From the NCBI GenBank assembly GCA_963712745.1, contig CAVQJC010000020.1:32001-96000 (forward strand): a stretch of 64,000 nt of DNA, written 5' to 3'. The DNA is from an uncultured Chloroflexia bacterium (GTDB lineage: Bacteria; Chloroflexota; Limnocylindria; Limnocylindrales; CSP1-4). Position numbers and translations under genes: made by a program. Of this stretch, positions 9,981-18,884 are shown one piece after another. Below the pieces are notes generated by a model, which saw nothing but the letters and a program-made list of their open reading frames with translations, searched no databases and was not told the DNA's origin. Each line of letters opens with the position of its first letter. Position 1 is the stretch's first letter.

Positions 9981-10132
9981 ATCCAATAGACGATGGGGGA
10001 TGACGGGATTATTGGGCCTGCGAATGCGGGAGGTCCAACCAGCGTCCGTGGTACACGTCTGGCCCACGGGCGCGACGGGGCGCCCACGTGGCGGACTGAC
10101 CATCGTGCTGGCGTCCAGCCGAAGGCACGAGG

Positions 10133-10161
10133 AAAGGCCCCGGACGTTCGCCCGGGGCCCC
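10133..10161 (-). terminator. Intrinsic terminator-like hairpin after the small-ORF operon
   Basis: GGCCCCGG..CCGGGGCC stem followed by TTT on the minus strand. Confidence 0.5.
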
Positions 10162-10181
10162 GTTGGTGAGCGGCGCGGGAC

Positions 10182-10409
10182 CTACGCGGCGTCAACCTCC
10201 GGTCCATCGGTCGACTCGGCAGCCCTCCGTGCCTCGCGCAGACCCTTGACGTACGCGCGCCAGTGCTCGGTGCACATCGTGCCCAGCCCATCCTTGCGGC
10301 TGGGCTGCTTGGGGAACTCGCTGATCGGTGCCTCGTGGGGCTCGATGCCGAAGCGGGCGCTGCCCGCGCAGCGACGGAGCTCGGTGGTGGTGGTCTTCCT
10401 CGTCGTCAT
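10182..10409 (-). CDS. Small hypothetical protein with Cys/His motif (phage-like)
   Basis: RRC..H..P.SEF...SRKDGL..MC..H; AAGGAG RBS; ATGA overlap. Confidence 0.6.
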   Translation of the reverse strand: MTTRKTTTTELRRCAGSARFGIEPHEAPISEFPKQPSRKDGLGTMCTEHWRAYVKGLREARRAAESTDGPEVDAA

Positions 10410-10720
10410 CTTGGGTCTCCTTCGGTCAGTGCGTCCTCGATCTCGTCGAGCCAGCCCTCGAGCGACTGGCCGCCGCCCTCGTCGTAGCCGGTGCCCTCGC
10501 GGTAGGCGTCGATGCGGTCGGTGCTCATGCCGGCGGAACGCATGGCCTGCTGGACGCCCGCCCAGGCATCCTGCCAGTCGCGCCAGGCCCGGCGGGCCTC
10601 CTCGAGCGCGTCGGCGACCCCGTCGCGGGTGGCCGTGTCGGGGATGTTCCCGTAGCGGCGGTCGGCGCCGGGTCCACGGGGGTCGTACCCGTGGGTGCGG
10701 ATCATGTCGGTCCGGCTCAT
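10406..10720 (-). CDS. Small hypothetical protein
   Basis: ATGA-coupled at both ends; GC3-rich codons. Confidence 0.6.
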   Translation of the reverse strand: MSRTDMIRTHGYDPRGPGADRRYGNIPDTATRDGVADALEEARRAWRDWQDAWAGVQQAMRSAGMSTDRIDAYREGTGYDEGGGQSLEGWLDEIEDALTEGDPR

Positions 10721-10899
10721 GCCGCGTACTCGCCTTCGTTGAACAGCCAGTCGCTCAAGGCCTGGAGGTCGTGTCGGGTCTTCTCCATCGAGCCGACGGT
10801 GGCCCAGCTGATGGCGTCGGGGTCGGGAGCCGTGTCGTGGTTGGCGACGGCCACCTGGATGCGGCTGATCAGTGCCAGTGCTGTGGCGTGGTGCTCCAT
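10717..10899 (-). CDS. Small hypothetical protein, possibly 5'-truncated (phage-like)
   Basis: HD.APDPDAISWATVGSM motif; ATGA overlap with the next gene. Confidence 0.5.
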   Translation of the reverse strand: MEHHATALALISRIQVAVANHDTAPDPDAISWATVGSMEKTRHDLQALSDWLFNEGEYAA

Positions 10900-11228
10900 G
10901 CCTTGACAGCCCGCACGGGCAGCCTCCCTTGCCCCCCGTGCGGCGACCTCAGCGGTTGACCCGAGGTCAGCCATCGGTACGGACGCCGGCGCCAACCCTA
11001 GCAGGCGCAGTCAGCGGCGAGATACGTTCAGCTCATGACCGACCATGAGGCCTAGACGCGCGCGGGCCGGCAGGTTGTACGCAACCAGGCGGCAAACCCA
11101 GCCCAAGATGGCGCTGAACACCCTCCAGTCACGGCAGGCCGTGTCCGAGCGAGACCCAGTCGGGTCGCTGCGCGCGGCACGCACAAGGCCCGCCCCTCGC
11201 GGGACGGGCCTGTCGATGTGCGTGTGGC

Positions 11229-11675
11229 CTACGCGTGGGCTGGGACCGTGGCTTCGGTGAAGGCCTTGATATCGAGGAGCATCTTGCGCACGCTCCCTTC
11301 CATCCAGCCCTTGGTCATGAGGTTCTTGAGGGCCCCCGGCAGCGGGCCGGGGATCTCGAAGTCGGACTCGATGGCCAGGCGCGTGGCGTCGCCGTCGGGT
11401 TCGAGCCGCCAGACCATGTCCCACGGACCAGGCTCGGCCTTGACGTGGCAGAGCCGCAGCGGCTCGACCTCGGTGACCGTGAGGTCGTACTTCGTCTCGA
11501 AGCCCAACATCCGAGAGGTCTGGACGAAGGTGGTCCCGACCTGATCGAGCGGTCCGCTGAAGTCGGTGTGCTTGGCCCGAGGCTGGATCTCATCCCAGTG
11601 CGAACTGTCGGTCACGTAGGACCAGACATGCTCGGCGGGCGCCTCGATGCGAATCTCGTCACGGATGTGCTGCAC
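11229..11675 (-). CDS. SRPBCC/START-domain (polyketide cyclase-like) protein
   Basis: EIRIEAPAEHVWSYVTD..W..VGTTF..VTEVEP..W.LEPDGDATR. Confidence 0.85.
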   Translation of the reverse strand: MQHIRDEIRIEAPAEHVWSYVTDSSHWDEIQPRAKHTDFSGPLDQVGTTFVQTSRMLGFETKYDLTVTEVEPLRLCHVKAEPGPWDMVWRLEPDGDATRLAIESDFEIPGPLPGALKNLMTKGWMEGSVRKMLLDIKAFTEATVPAHA

Positions 11676-11696
11676 CGCCTATCCCCCCTTTGCTCG

Positions 11697-11772
11697 GCGG
11701 GCCGGGTTCGCCAGTGGCTCGGCGCGGTCCAAGGCGGCCATGGTCATCGGGCCGCACGTCGTCGCCTCCCGC
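11697..11772 (-). ncRNA. c-di-GMP-II-like riboswitch upstream of the SRPBCC gene
   Basis: Minus strand GCGGGAGGCGACGAC-GUGCGGCCC-..UGGCCGCCUU-GGACCGCGC-CGAGCCACUGGCGAACCCGGCCCGC: terminal GCGGG/CCCGC stem, long internal stem, CGCC/GGCG pseudoknot pair; ends just upstream of the RBS. Confidence 0.7.
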
Positions 11773-12229
11773 TGGGTTGATTCTCCACCTGACAGCAAGT
11801 CTCAGCATGCCCACGGCCTCACGACGCCGCCACCCTGACTCCATACCTGACCGGGACGCCGACCCTCGCCGCGGCCGACCGGCTATACGCAAGCGGATGC
11901 GCGCGCCCTGCGGGCTGGAGGGCGTGGTCCGGCGTCGTCGTAGCGGACGCGCAGCTGGCGGCCCTGCCAGGGGATGACGAGGGGCCCGGGGCCTTCATGC
12001 ACCTAGGCTGTGGTGTGCGCGTGATGACCGCCAGTCACGCCTTTCGGTTGGCCACGCGTTGACACGATCGGGCCATGGTGACGGTCCAAACACCGCAGGC
12101 CGCCGTGGCAGTGCGCCGACACGCCATCGACACACCGACCTGCCACTTTGCCTGCGAGTAGGCCTGTCCGGGATACCGCGGACGGACCCGCGCTAGCTTC
12201 GCCGCAAGACATAGATGGGGTTCGAAGTC

Positions 12230-13319
12230 ATGAGAGATCGACTGATGGCAATGCTGATGCTGCTGGCGCTCGGGATGGTGCTGGGAGGCATCGGTGCAGT
12301 GACGACCGCGTCGGACGAGCCAGAGGGGATGATTCCCGACGATGCGGCGAGGGCGACGTTTGCCGGGGGCTGCTTCTGGTGCATGGAGGCTGCCTTCGAG
12401 CAGCTGGACGGGGTCTACGAGGTCATCTCCGGTTACACCGGCGGCTCGGAGAAGGACCCGACGTACGAGCAGGTGTCCTCGGGCATGACCGGTCACGCGG
12501 AAGCGGTCCAGGTCAGCTACGACCCGATGCGGATCGGCTACGACGAGCTCCTGGATCTCTTCTGGCGACTGATCGATCCGACTGACGCCGGCGGGCAGTT
12601 CGTCGATCGGGGCTCGCAGTACCGCACGGCGATCTTCTACCACGACGACGAGCAGCGGGCCCTGGCCGAGGCGTCGCGGGACGCGCTGGCCGCAGAGCGG
12701 CCGCTTCGACGGGCCGATCGTGACCGAGATCGTCGAGGCCGGGCCGTTCTACCGCGCCGAGGAGTACCACCAGGACTTCTACAAGAAGGCGCCCGAGCGC
12801 TACGAGTCCTACCGCGCGGGCTCGGGACACGATCCGTTCCTGGAGTCCATCTGGGGTGACGAGACGGGCGAGACGCGAGGCCGGCGAGCGCGACGAGACG
12901 ACGACGACCTGCGAGCAAGCCTGACGCCGCTCCAGTACCACGTGACCCAGGAGGACGGGACGGAGCCGCCGTTCGACAACGCCTACTGGGACAACAAGCG
13001 GGCCGGGATCTACGTCGACGTGGTCAGCGGAGAGCCCCTGTTCAGCTCGACCGACAAGTACGAGAGCGGCACGGGCTGGCCCAGCTTCACCCGCCCCATG
13101 GAGCCGGACAACATCGTCGAGAACGAGGACCTCAGGCTGTCCAGGCCACGGACCGAGGTGCGAAGCGCGGAAGGCGACAGCCACCTCGGACACGTGTTCC
13201 CCGACGGTCCCGAGCCCACGGGTCAGCGCTACTGCATCAACAGCGCTGCCCTGCGTTTCATCCCCCTCGAAGACCTCGAGAAGGAAGGTTACGGGCAGTA
13301 TCTCTCCCTGTTCGAGTGA
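12230..13319 (+). CDS. msrAB: Exported peptide methionine sulfoxide reductase MsrA/MsrB fusion (frameshift near 12694)
   Basis: Signal peptide; Msr[21 protein letters not shown]; Msr[33 protein letters not shown]. Confidence 0.9.
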
Positions 13320-13442
13320 GCGATACGGTCGCCGCGTCCAAGTCAGAGGCGCGACCCATGTGACCCCGTTGCCCTCTGCTGGTCACGAGGCAGCAATGGT
13401 GCAGCGGAATGCACCCGACCGGTCACCGCGCCAGGCGGCCGA

Positions 13443-14384
13443 TCAGCCCCGCTCGACGAGTGGCTTCACCTCGCCGACCAGGCGCTCCAGCGTCTCCTCG
13501 TCGAACGGCGCCATCTCCTCGATCGTGAAGCCTTGGAATCCGGCGGCGACGAAGGCAGCCATGCGCTCGCCGATCGCCTCGACCGAGCCGGCCCAGAAAC
13601 TCGCGTCGGCGCTGCCGGGCTCCATGCTGTTGGCCGCCAGCTGGCGGTCGAGGACGGCGCGGGCGTCGGCCTCGCTATCGCGGATCACGATCTTGCAGTT
13701 GTAGGTCAACTCGATCTCACTGGGGTCGCGCCCGACATCTGCGCAGTGCGCCCTTAGCACCTCGATCTTGTGTGGTGCCTCAGTGAGCTCGAGTTGGGCG
13801 TTCCAGATGTCGGCATGGCGGGCGACGCTCCGGAGCGTCTTCTTCTCGCCGACGCCGCCGACCATGATGGGCACCCGTGCCTGGATCGGAGGCGGAGCCA
13901 GGCGCAGCCGCTCGGTCCGGTAGCGCGGGCCATCGTGCGTCACCTCCTCTCCGGCCATCAGGGGGCGCACGACCTGGAGGGCCTCCTCGAGCCAGTCCAG
14001 GCGGTCGCCGAAGCCTCGCCCGAACTCGACCCCGAACGCAGCGTGCTCGCGCTCGTGCCAGGCGCCACCGAGCCCGAGGATGGCGCGACCGCCACTGATG
14101 TGATCGATGGTCGCGACGGTCTTGGCCACCACCGCGGGGTTGCGGAACGTGTTGGCGCCGACGAGGAGCCCGAGGCGAGCGCGCCTGGTCACCGCAGCCC
14201 AGGCAGCCAGGCTCGCGTAGCCCTCGAAGACGGGCCGGTCCGGGTCACCCACGGCCGAGACCAGGTGGTCCCATGTCCAGAGGTGGTCGTAGCCGAGCTC
14301 GTCGACGCGGCGGGCGGCCGCTAGGAAAGACGGCCAGTCCGTGTTCTGGGCCCACAGCTGGATCCCGAGTCCGATGGTCGACAT
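13443..14384 (-). CDS. LLM-class (luciferase-like, probably F420-dependent) oxidoreductase
   Basis: GYDHLWTWDH, FRNPAVVAKTVATIDHISGGRAILGLGGAWHEREH, PIMVGGVGEKKTL. Confidence 0.9.
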   Translation of the reverse strand: MSTIGLGIQLWAQNTDWPSFLAAARRVDELGYDHLWTWDHLVSAVGDPDRPVFEGYASLAAWAAVTRRARLGLLVGANTFRNPAVVAKTVATIDHISGGRAILGLGGAWHEREHAAFGVEFGRGFGDRLDWLEEALQVVRPLMAGEEVTHDGPRYRTERLRLAPPPIQARVPIMVGGVGEKKTLRSVARHADIWNAQLELTEAPHKIEVLRAHCADVGRDPSEIELTYNCKIVIRDSEADARAVLDRQLAANSMEPGSADASFWAGSVEAIGERMAAFVAAGFQGFTIEEMAPFDEETLERLVGEVKPLVERG

Positions 14385-14989
14385 CTATCCACATCCTCCC
14401 GATGACATGCGCCGCTCGTGTCAGCCCAAAGCCTACCGGCGAACCGCCGATGCGCGCCTGATTCTGCGTCTAGACGACCAACCAGGCTGCCACTATCCGA
14501 TGATGGTGTCGGTACCTGGGGGTGGCCGGGGTAGCCACCGGGTCGAAGACACTGGAGCGGACTGTGGGGCCGGGATCGATACCTGAGTCACCCCAAGGTG
14601 AGGCAGGCAGACATGTCGACCCGTCAGAGGTCGTCGGCATGAGCGGTCAGCTTCCGGCGACGCAGCGGATGATGTTGTCCCACATGGGCGCGTACCCGTC
14701 CCAAGCCATTCGACGGCGGAGAGAGTCGAGAGCCTGGTGCGGCCTGGCGGTGCTGCAGCATGCCTCCAAGCCGCGTAGTGCGGCCCGCAGGGTCCCGAAC
14801 TCGGATCTGCATCGATGACCGGCCACGACCTGCCCATCGTGTGGGGTATGAGTCCGGGGCGACGCCGGCCAGGCCCGGTCCCGATGCTGCACATCCGCCC
14901 TACCTACCCCACACTCAACGGCATGAAGAATGGCTGGCGCCGAATGATCAGCTCACCGCTCGGCACCGCGATCGCGCGAACGTAGCTCG

Positions 14990-15448
14990 GTGCGGGCCAT
15001 CACAGCGGCAGGAAACGACTTGGCTGCCACGACCGGCACCTACGTCCTGGTGCTGAGCAGTCCCCGGACCGCTCGCATCGCAGTCGGCAGGCGGCTGTGG
15101 GTGACGCTGGACGAAGGCTGCTATCTCTACGTCGGCAGCGCCTTCGGCCCGGGTGGGCTCGACGCGCGACTGCGACGCCACCAGCGTGGCGACGGCCGGC
15201 GTCACTGGCACGTCGACTACTTGCGTGCGGCAACGACCGTTGTCGGAGCGATCGTCGATCGCGGCAGCGAGCGGCGTGAGCACCAGTGGGCCGCCGAGCT
15301 GGAAGCCTGCGGGGAATACGCGACCATCGCCGGGTTTGGCTGCAGCGACTGTCGCTGTACGACTCACCTGTTCCACGCGGCCAGCGCACCGGCGTCGCTG
15401 GCGAACCGGCTGAGTGGCGCACCGCGATGGTGGCGTCCGCCGCGATAG
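14990..15448 (+). CDS. GIY-YIG (DUF123/Uri-type) endonuclease
   Basis: GTYVL..YLYVGSAFGPGGL..RH..HWHVDYL..GFGCSDCRC..HLF. Confidence 0.85.
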   Translation: MRAITAAGNDLAATTGTYVLVLSSPRTARIAVGRRLWVTLDEGCYLYVGSAFGPGGLDARLRRHQRGDGRRHWHVDYLRAATTVVGAIVDRGSERREHQWAAELEACGEYATIAGFGCSDCRCTTHLFHAASAPASLANRLSGAPRWWRPPR

Positions 15449-15455
15449 TCGGGCA

Positions 15456-15665
15456 TCAGGCGGAGACCGAGAGCACCACGCGCGTGCCGCCAGACGGATC
15501 GTGCTCGATCCGCACGTTGCCGCCGTGACGGCGGGCGATGCTTCGCAAGTGCGGCAGGCCGGCGCCGAAGGGCTCAGTGGTGTAGAGCGGCTCGAACACC
15601 TGCTCCCGTGCGTCCTGGTGCAAGCCGGGGTCGTGCGCCCCGCGTGCGCACACCGTGACGACCGA
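15456..15665 (-). pseudogene. Degenerate histidine-kinase HATPase C-terminal fragment
   Basis: EQVFEPLYTT..GAGL..IARRHGGNVRIEH..GGTRVVL (decayed F/G2 boxes). Confidence 0.55.
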
Positions 15666-15705
15666 CTCCTCCCGCTCGACCGCCGCCAGCGCCTGGCAGA
15701 CGTTC

Positions 15706-15783
15706 GCGACGGAAGTCTTCGCCAGTGGCTCGGAGCGACTCAAGGCGGCCAACGTAGGCGCGTCGGACTTCACGGCCTCCCGC
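15706..15783 (-). ncRNA. Second, degenerate c-di-GMP-II-like riboswitch copy
   Basis: GCGGGAGGCCGUGAAG..UUGGCCGCCUUG..CCGAGCCACUGGCGAA matches the 11.7-kb copy; 3' strand of the terminal stem is decayed. Confidence 0.5.
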
Positions 15784-15947
15784 TGCTTCCGGTTTCTCCG
15801 CTCGGTGTCCACTCACCCGCTACGCGCAATGTGCCGGTGCGCTTCGCGTAGCGTCAGAGCCCGATAGGCGCGAGCTACGAGGCGCCCGCCAGGGTGCTCG
15901 CAGCGGCCCGGGTCACCGGGTAGAGCAGGGGCCGTTACCCTCCCTCT

Positions 15948-16355
15948 GTGATGGTCGACCTCTTCCGTATCCTCGTCGTAATCATCCTCGTGATGCATGG
16001 CCTGGCACACCTCATCTGGTTCCTGGCAGCCTGGACGCCTGTCCGCACCGGTGTGAAGGACGGTCCCTGGTTGTTGCCCGGGAACGTCACCATCCGTAGT
16101 CCGCTCGGCAAGATCCTCGGCCTGGTGGCCCTATTGGCGACGGTCGTCTTCGTCCTCGCCGGCCTGGGCTTGCTGCTTCAGCAGCCCTGGTGGGCGGAGC
16201 GGACCTACCTCGGCATCTTCCTCTCCTTCGTCGCGGTCGTGCCCTGGTTCCGCCAGTCCCCCGGCTCGACGGCGGTGAACGCGCTCCTCGCCGATCTGGT
16301 CCTGCTCTTCGTCATCACCATCTTCAGCGCCGACCTCGTCGTAGCCTCGACCTGA
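15948..16355 (+). CDS. Four-TM hypothetical membrane protein
   Basis: Four hydrophobic segments; HGLAH motif in TM1. Confidence 0.7.
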   Translation: MMVDLFRILVVIILVMHGLAHLIWFLAAWTPVRTGVKDGPWLLPGNVTIRSPLGKILGLVALLATVVFVLAGLGLLLQQPWWAERTYLGIFLSFVAVVPWFRQSPGSTAVNALLADLVLLFVITIFSADLVVAST

Positions 16356-16448
16356 GTCGAGTCCCGTTGACTTCGCACTATCGCCCGAACGGGTACACTC
16401 CGACTCGCTCGGTCCACCCGCCTTCGTGCGGTCGGACGTCGTGCGCAT

Positions 16449-16525
16449 GGTGGCTATAGCTCAATAGGCAGAGCATCGGATTGTGGCTCCGAAGGTTACG
16501 GGTTCAAGCCCCGTTAGCCACCCCA
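16449..16525 (+). tRNA. tRNA-His (GUG)
   Basis: Acceptor stem GTGGCTA/TAGCCAC with G-1:C73, anticodon arm TCGGA-TTGTGGC-TCCGA, T-loop GGTTCAAG, encoded CCA. Confidence 0.95.
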
Positions 16526-16550
16526 CCTCCCCTCGTGGATGACCGGCGTC

Positions 16551-16605
16551 GAGCGGCACCGAGAGGCACCCAGCGGCACCAAGATTGCTGCACAGATTGC
16601 TGCAC
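16551..16605. repeat. Short tandem repeats just 3' of tRNA-His (integrase arm-site-like)
   Basis: 3x (G/C)AG(C/A)GGCACC at 16551-16580 and 2x AGATTGCTGCAC at 16582-16605. Confidence 0.6.
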
Positions 16606-16752
16606 GGATGACCACTGCCTGAGCCGAAGCATTGGCTGCGCTGCCGCGACATCAAGTCAGGCCGAGTCCCATCTCTCGGACCGAGCACCCCACTGCGGAA
16701 CCTTCCCTGTCGGTCCCATCGCGGAACCCGTCAAGTCCAGTGAGACACGTCG

Positions 16753-17763
16753 TCAGGTGATGCTCTGTCCCTCCACCTCCTTGGGCTTGTTGATCCAGGC
16801 TGGGCCGGGCAGCCTCGGCGGGTTCGGTGGTCCGTTGACGAAGCGCTCGGGATGGACGGCATAGGCAGCGTCGAGCACCCGGCCGCGTCCCTCGCGGACC
16901 GCCGCGGCGGTACCGAAGTGGACCGACGCGGGGGTGTGGTAGCCGATGCCCGAGTGGCGGTGGTGATGGTTGTAGGTGTCGAAGAAGCCGTCGGCGAAGG
17001 CACGGGCGTGCTGCAGCGAGCCGAACCGCTCCGGGAAGGCCGGGCTGTACTTGAGCGTCTTGAAGCCGGCCTCGCTGTAGGCGTTGTCGTTCGACACGTG
17101 GGGCCGGGAGTGGGTGCGTCCGATGCGCAGGTCCGCGAGGAGCTGCGAGACGGGCTTCGAGGTCATGGCCGAGCCCCGGTCGGCATGGATGGTGAGCGTG
17201 CCCGCAGGGATGGCCTGGGCGGTCACCACGGCCTCGATCCAGTCGCGCACGACGTGGCTCTCCTGGCCCTCGACGACGAGCCAGCCGGGCACGTAGCGGC
17301 TGAAGATGTCGAGCATCACGAAGAGGTCATACCAGCAGCCCCGGCGTGGCCCCCGCAGCGCGGTGGCGTCATACGACCACACCCGCTCCGGCCCATCAGC
17401 CACGAGCTCGGGCACGGTACGCGGTGGATGGCTCGCCACTCGTCGTCGCTCGCGCACCTCGCCGTCCGCGCGCAGCAGCCGATACATCGTGGACTCCGAG
17501 GCGAGCCAGGTACCCTCGTCGAGCAGGGTGGCCCAGACCTGTACCGGCGCGTGGTCCACGAAGCGCTCCGAGTGCAGGACGTCGAGCACCGACCGGCGCT
17601 CGACGGACGTAAGGGCGTTGGGCGGGCTCGGCCGTGGCTTGGGTGGACCGAGCCGGGGGCCTTGAGCGTGGCGGTAGTGGCTGGCGCGGGCACGACCGAC
17701 CGCCTGACAGGCACCCTTCGTGCCGACCAGCGGCTCCAGCTCACCGAAGGCGGCCTCGATCAC
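16753..17763 (-). CDS. IS3-family DDE transposase OrfB
   Basis: WSYD, LDIFSRY, IHADRGS, SNDNAYSEAGFKTLK, YNHHHRHSGIGYHTP; GTG overlaps the OrfA stop (GTGA). Confidence 0.9.
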   Translation of the reverse strand: MIEAAFGELEPLVGTKGACQAVGRARASHYRHAQGPRLGPPKPRPSPPNALTSVERRSVLDVLHSERFVDHAPVQVWATLLDEGTWLASESTMYRLLRADGEVRERRRVASHPPRTVPELVADGPERVWSYDATALRGPRRGCWYDLFVMLDIFSRYVPGWLVVEGQESHVVRDWIEAVVTAQAIPAGTLTIHADRGSAMTSKPVSQLLADLRIGRTHSRPHVSNDNAYSEAGFKTLKYSPAFPERFGSLQHARAFADGFFDTYNHHHRHSGIGYHTPASVHFGTAAAVREGRGRVLDAAYAVHPERFVNGPPNPPRLPGPAWINKPKEVEGQSIT

Positions 17764-18170
17764 CGCGGCTGCTTCGGGTCCTCGTCGCTCTCGGCCAGCA
17801 GCCGTCCCAAGAGCTCGGACGCTTCTCCCTGGATGTCGATGACCAGGCGGGCCTTGGCCAGCTCCGCCTCGGCCGTCTCGGCGCGGCGACGCAGCCGGGC
17901 CAGCTCGCGCTGCTCCGGCGAGACGGCCGGTGGTCTCGGCCTGGGGGCGAGTCCGGCGAGGGCGCCCGCGTCGCGGGACCGGCGCCACTCGCTGATGTGC
18001 GAGGTATAGAGGCCCTCGCGTCGAAGGATGGCGCCCTTCGAGCCGCCACCGGCTGCGGCCTCGTACTCCGCGAGGATCTCGCGCTTGTACTCGGCGCTGA
18101 ACGTCCGGCGCACAGGGCGTGCGGGCAGGGTCGGGTCTCGGTCCATGGCCGCATCATGCGCGCGCTCCAT
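17760..18170 (-). CDS. IS3-family transposase OrfA
   Basis: RRTFSAEYKREIL..GAILRREGLYTSHISEWRR plus leucine-zipper-like tail. Confidence 0.85.
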   Translation of the reverse strand: MERAHDAAMDRDPTLPARPVRRTFSAEYKREILAEYEAAAGGGSKGAILRREGLYTSHISEWRRSRDAGALAGLAPRPRPPAVSPEQRELARLRRRAETAEAELAKARLVIDIQGEASELLGRLLAESDEDPKQPR

Positions 18171-18308
18171 GGTCAGTGGTCAGGGTCATGATCGTCAGGC
18201 TGTTCCTTCTCGCCCCGGGAGTGGTGATGGGCTACTGCCCGTGTCTCACCTCAGCCTGACAGGTAGGGTCGTTCGAGCGCCGCAGGCAGCCGAGGCGGCG
18301 CGATGCGG

Positions 18309-18824
18309 CTACCGCTCCTCGGCAGGCTCCGTGGCTGGGTCGCCCTCATCGAAAAGGAGTGACACCTTGCCATCGGGCTGGACTCGGTAGAACCACGAAT
18401 GTCGCCACTCGCAGGGGTCAGGCAACGGTGGGGTCTCGCTGGACGGACCGTCGCCGTCATAGAGCGTGGAGCAGTCCCGCACGAGCGTGGTCTCGATGAG
18501 CCAGTTGCCGGGGTAGTGGAAGTCGATGAAGCCCAACCCTGAGAACTCGGTGGGCAGGGTGGGCAGCACCCGGTAGTAGTCGGAGCCGAGGATGATGCCC
18601 ATGTCGAAGTGGGCACTCCGCTCGATGTCGAGTCGGCGGAAGTCGGGCAGGTCCACGTAGCGCGGGTCGGTGGCGAGGACAAGCGCGACCGCCTCATCTC
18701 GGGTGAGCCCCATCTGCTCGGTCGGAGCATCACTCGCCGACGACGAAGGCTGTGCCACGGTCGCTGTGCCAGCGAGGAGCAAGCAGGCGAGCGTCGCTGC
18801 AATCGCCATGCGGAGGCTTCTCAT
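18309..18824 (-). CDS. Secreted hypothetical protein
   Basis: AAGGGGA RBS; signal peptide MRSLRMAIAATLACLLLAGTATVA; Cys pair and W.YRVQPDG.V.LLFDEGD C-terminus. Confidence 0.7.
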   Translation of the reverse strand: MRSLRMAIAATLACLLLAGTATVAQPSSSASDAPTEQMGLTRDEAVALVLATDPRYVDLPDFRRLDIERSAHFDMGIILGSDYYRVLPTLPTEFSGLGFIDFHYPGNWLIETTLVRDCSTLYDGDGPSSETPPLPDPCEWRHSWFYRVQPDGKVSLLFDEGDPATEPAEER

Positions 18825-18840
18825 GGAGTTCCCCTTCTTC

Positions 18841-18884
18841 ACGGGTCGGGTTCGCCAGTGGCTCGGCGCGACATCGCCTCCCGC
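18841..18884 (-). ncRNA. Internally deleted c-di-GMP-II-like riboswitch copy
   Basis: GCGGGAGGCGAUG-UCGCGCCGAGCCACUGGCGAACCCGACCCGU: both ends of the 11.7-kb motif with about 30 nt of the middle missing; abuts the RBS. Confidence 0.5.

Larger units (their letters stand above)
16729..18261 (-). mobile_element. IS3-family insertion sequence
   Basis: OrfA+OrfB bounded by imperfect IRs TGTCAGGCTGAGGTGAGACAC / CGTCAAGTCCA-GTGAGACAC; no clear target duplication. Confidence 0.85.

Noticed and set aside
12215-13319. Split msrA/msrB or programmed frameshift
   Set aside because: The break falls inside the MsrA domain with no slippery sequence; one extra base restores [12 protein letters not shown]
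16490-16525. A second copy of the tRNA 3' end (attR) delimiting an island
   Set aside because: Not found by eye in this window, so no island boundaries were called
16753-17988. 411-aa single transposase ORF
   Set aside because: The N-terminal part is an alternative frame over OrfA; OrfB most plausibly starts at GTG 17763
11706-18870. The repeated GAGCCACTGGCGAA core as a CRISPR repeat, REP or cobalamin riboswitch
   Set aside because: Copies are kb apart with no spacers or cas genes; other B12-element motifs were not seen; the flanking structure fits c-di-GMP-II better
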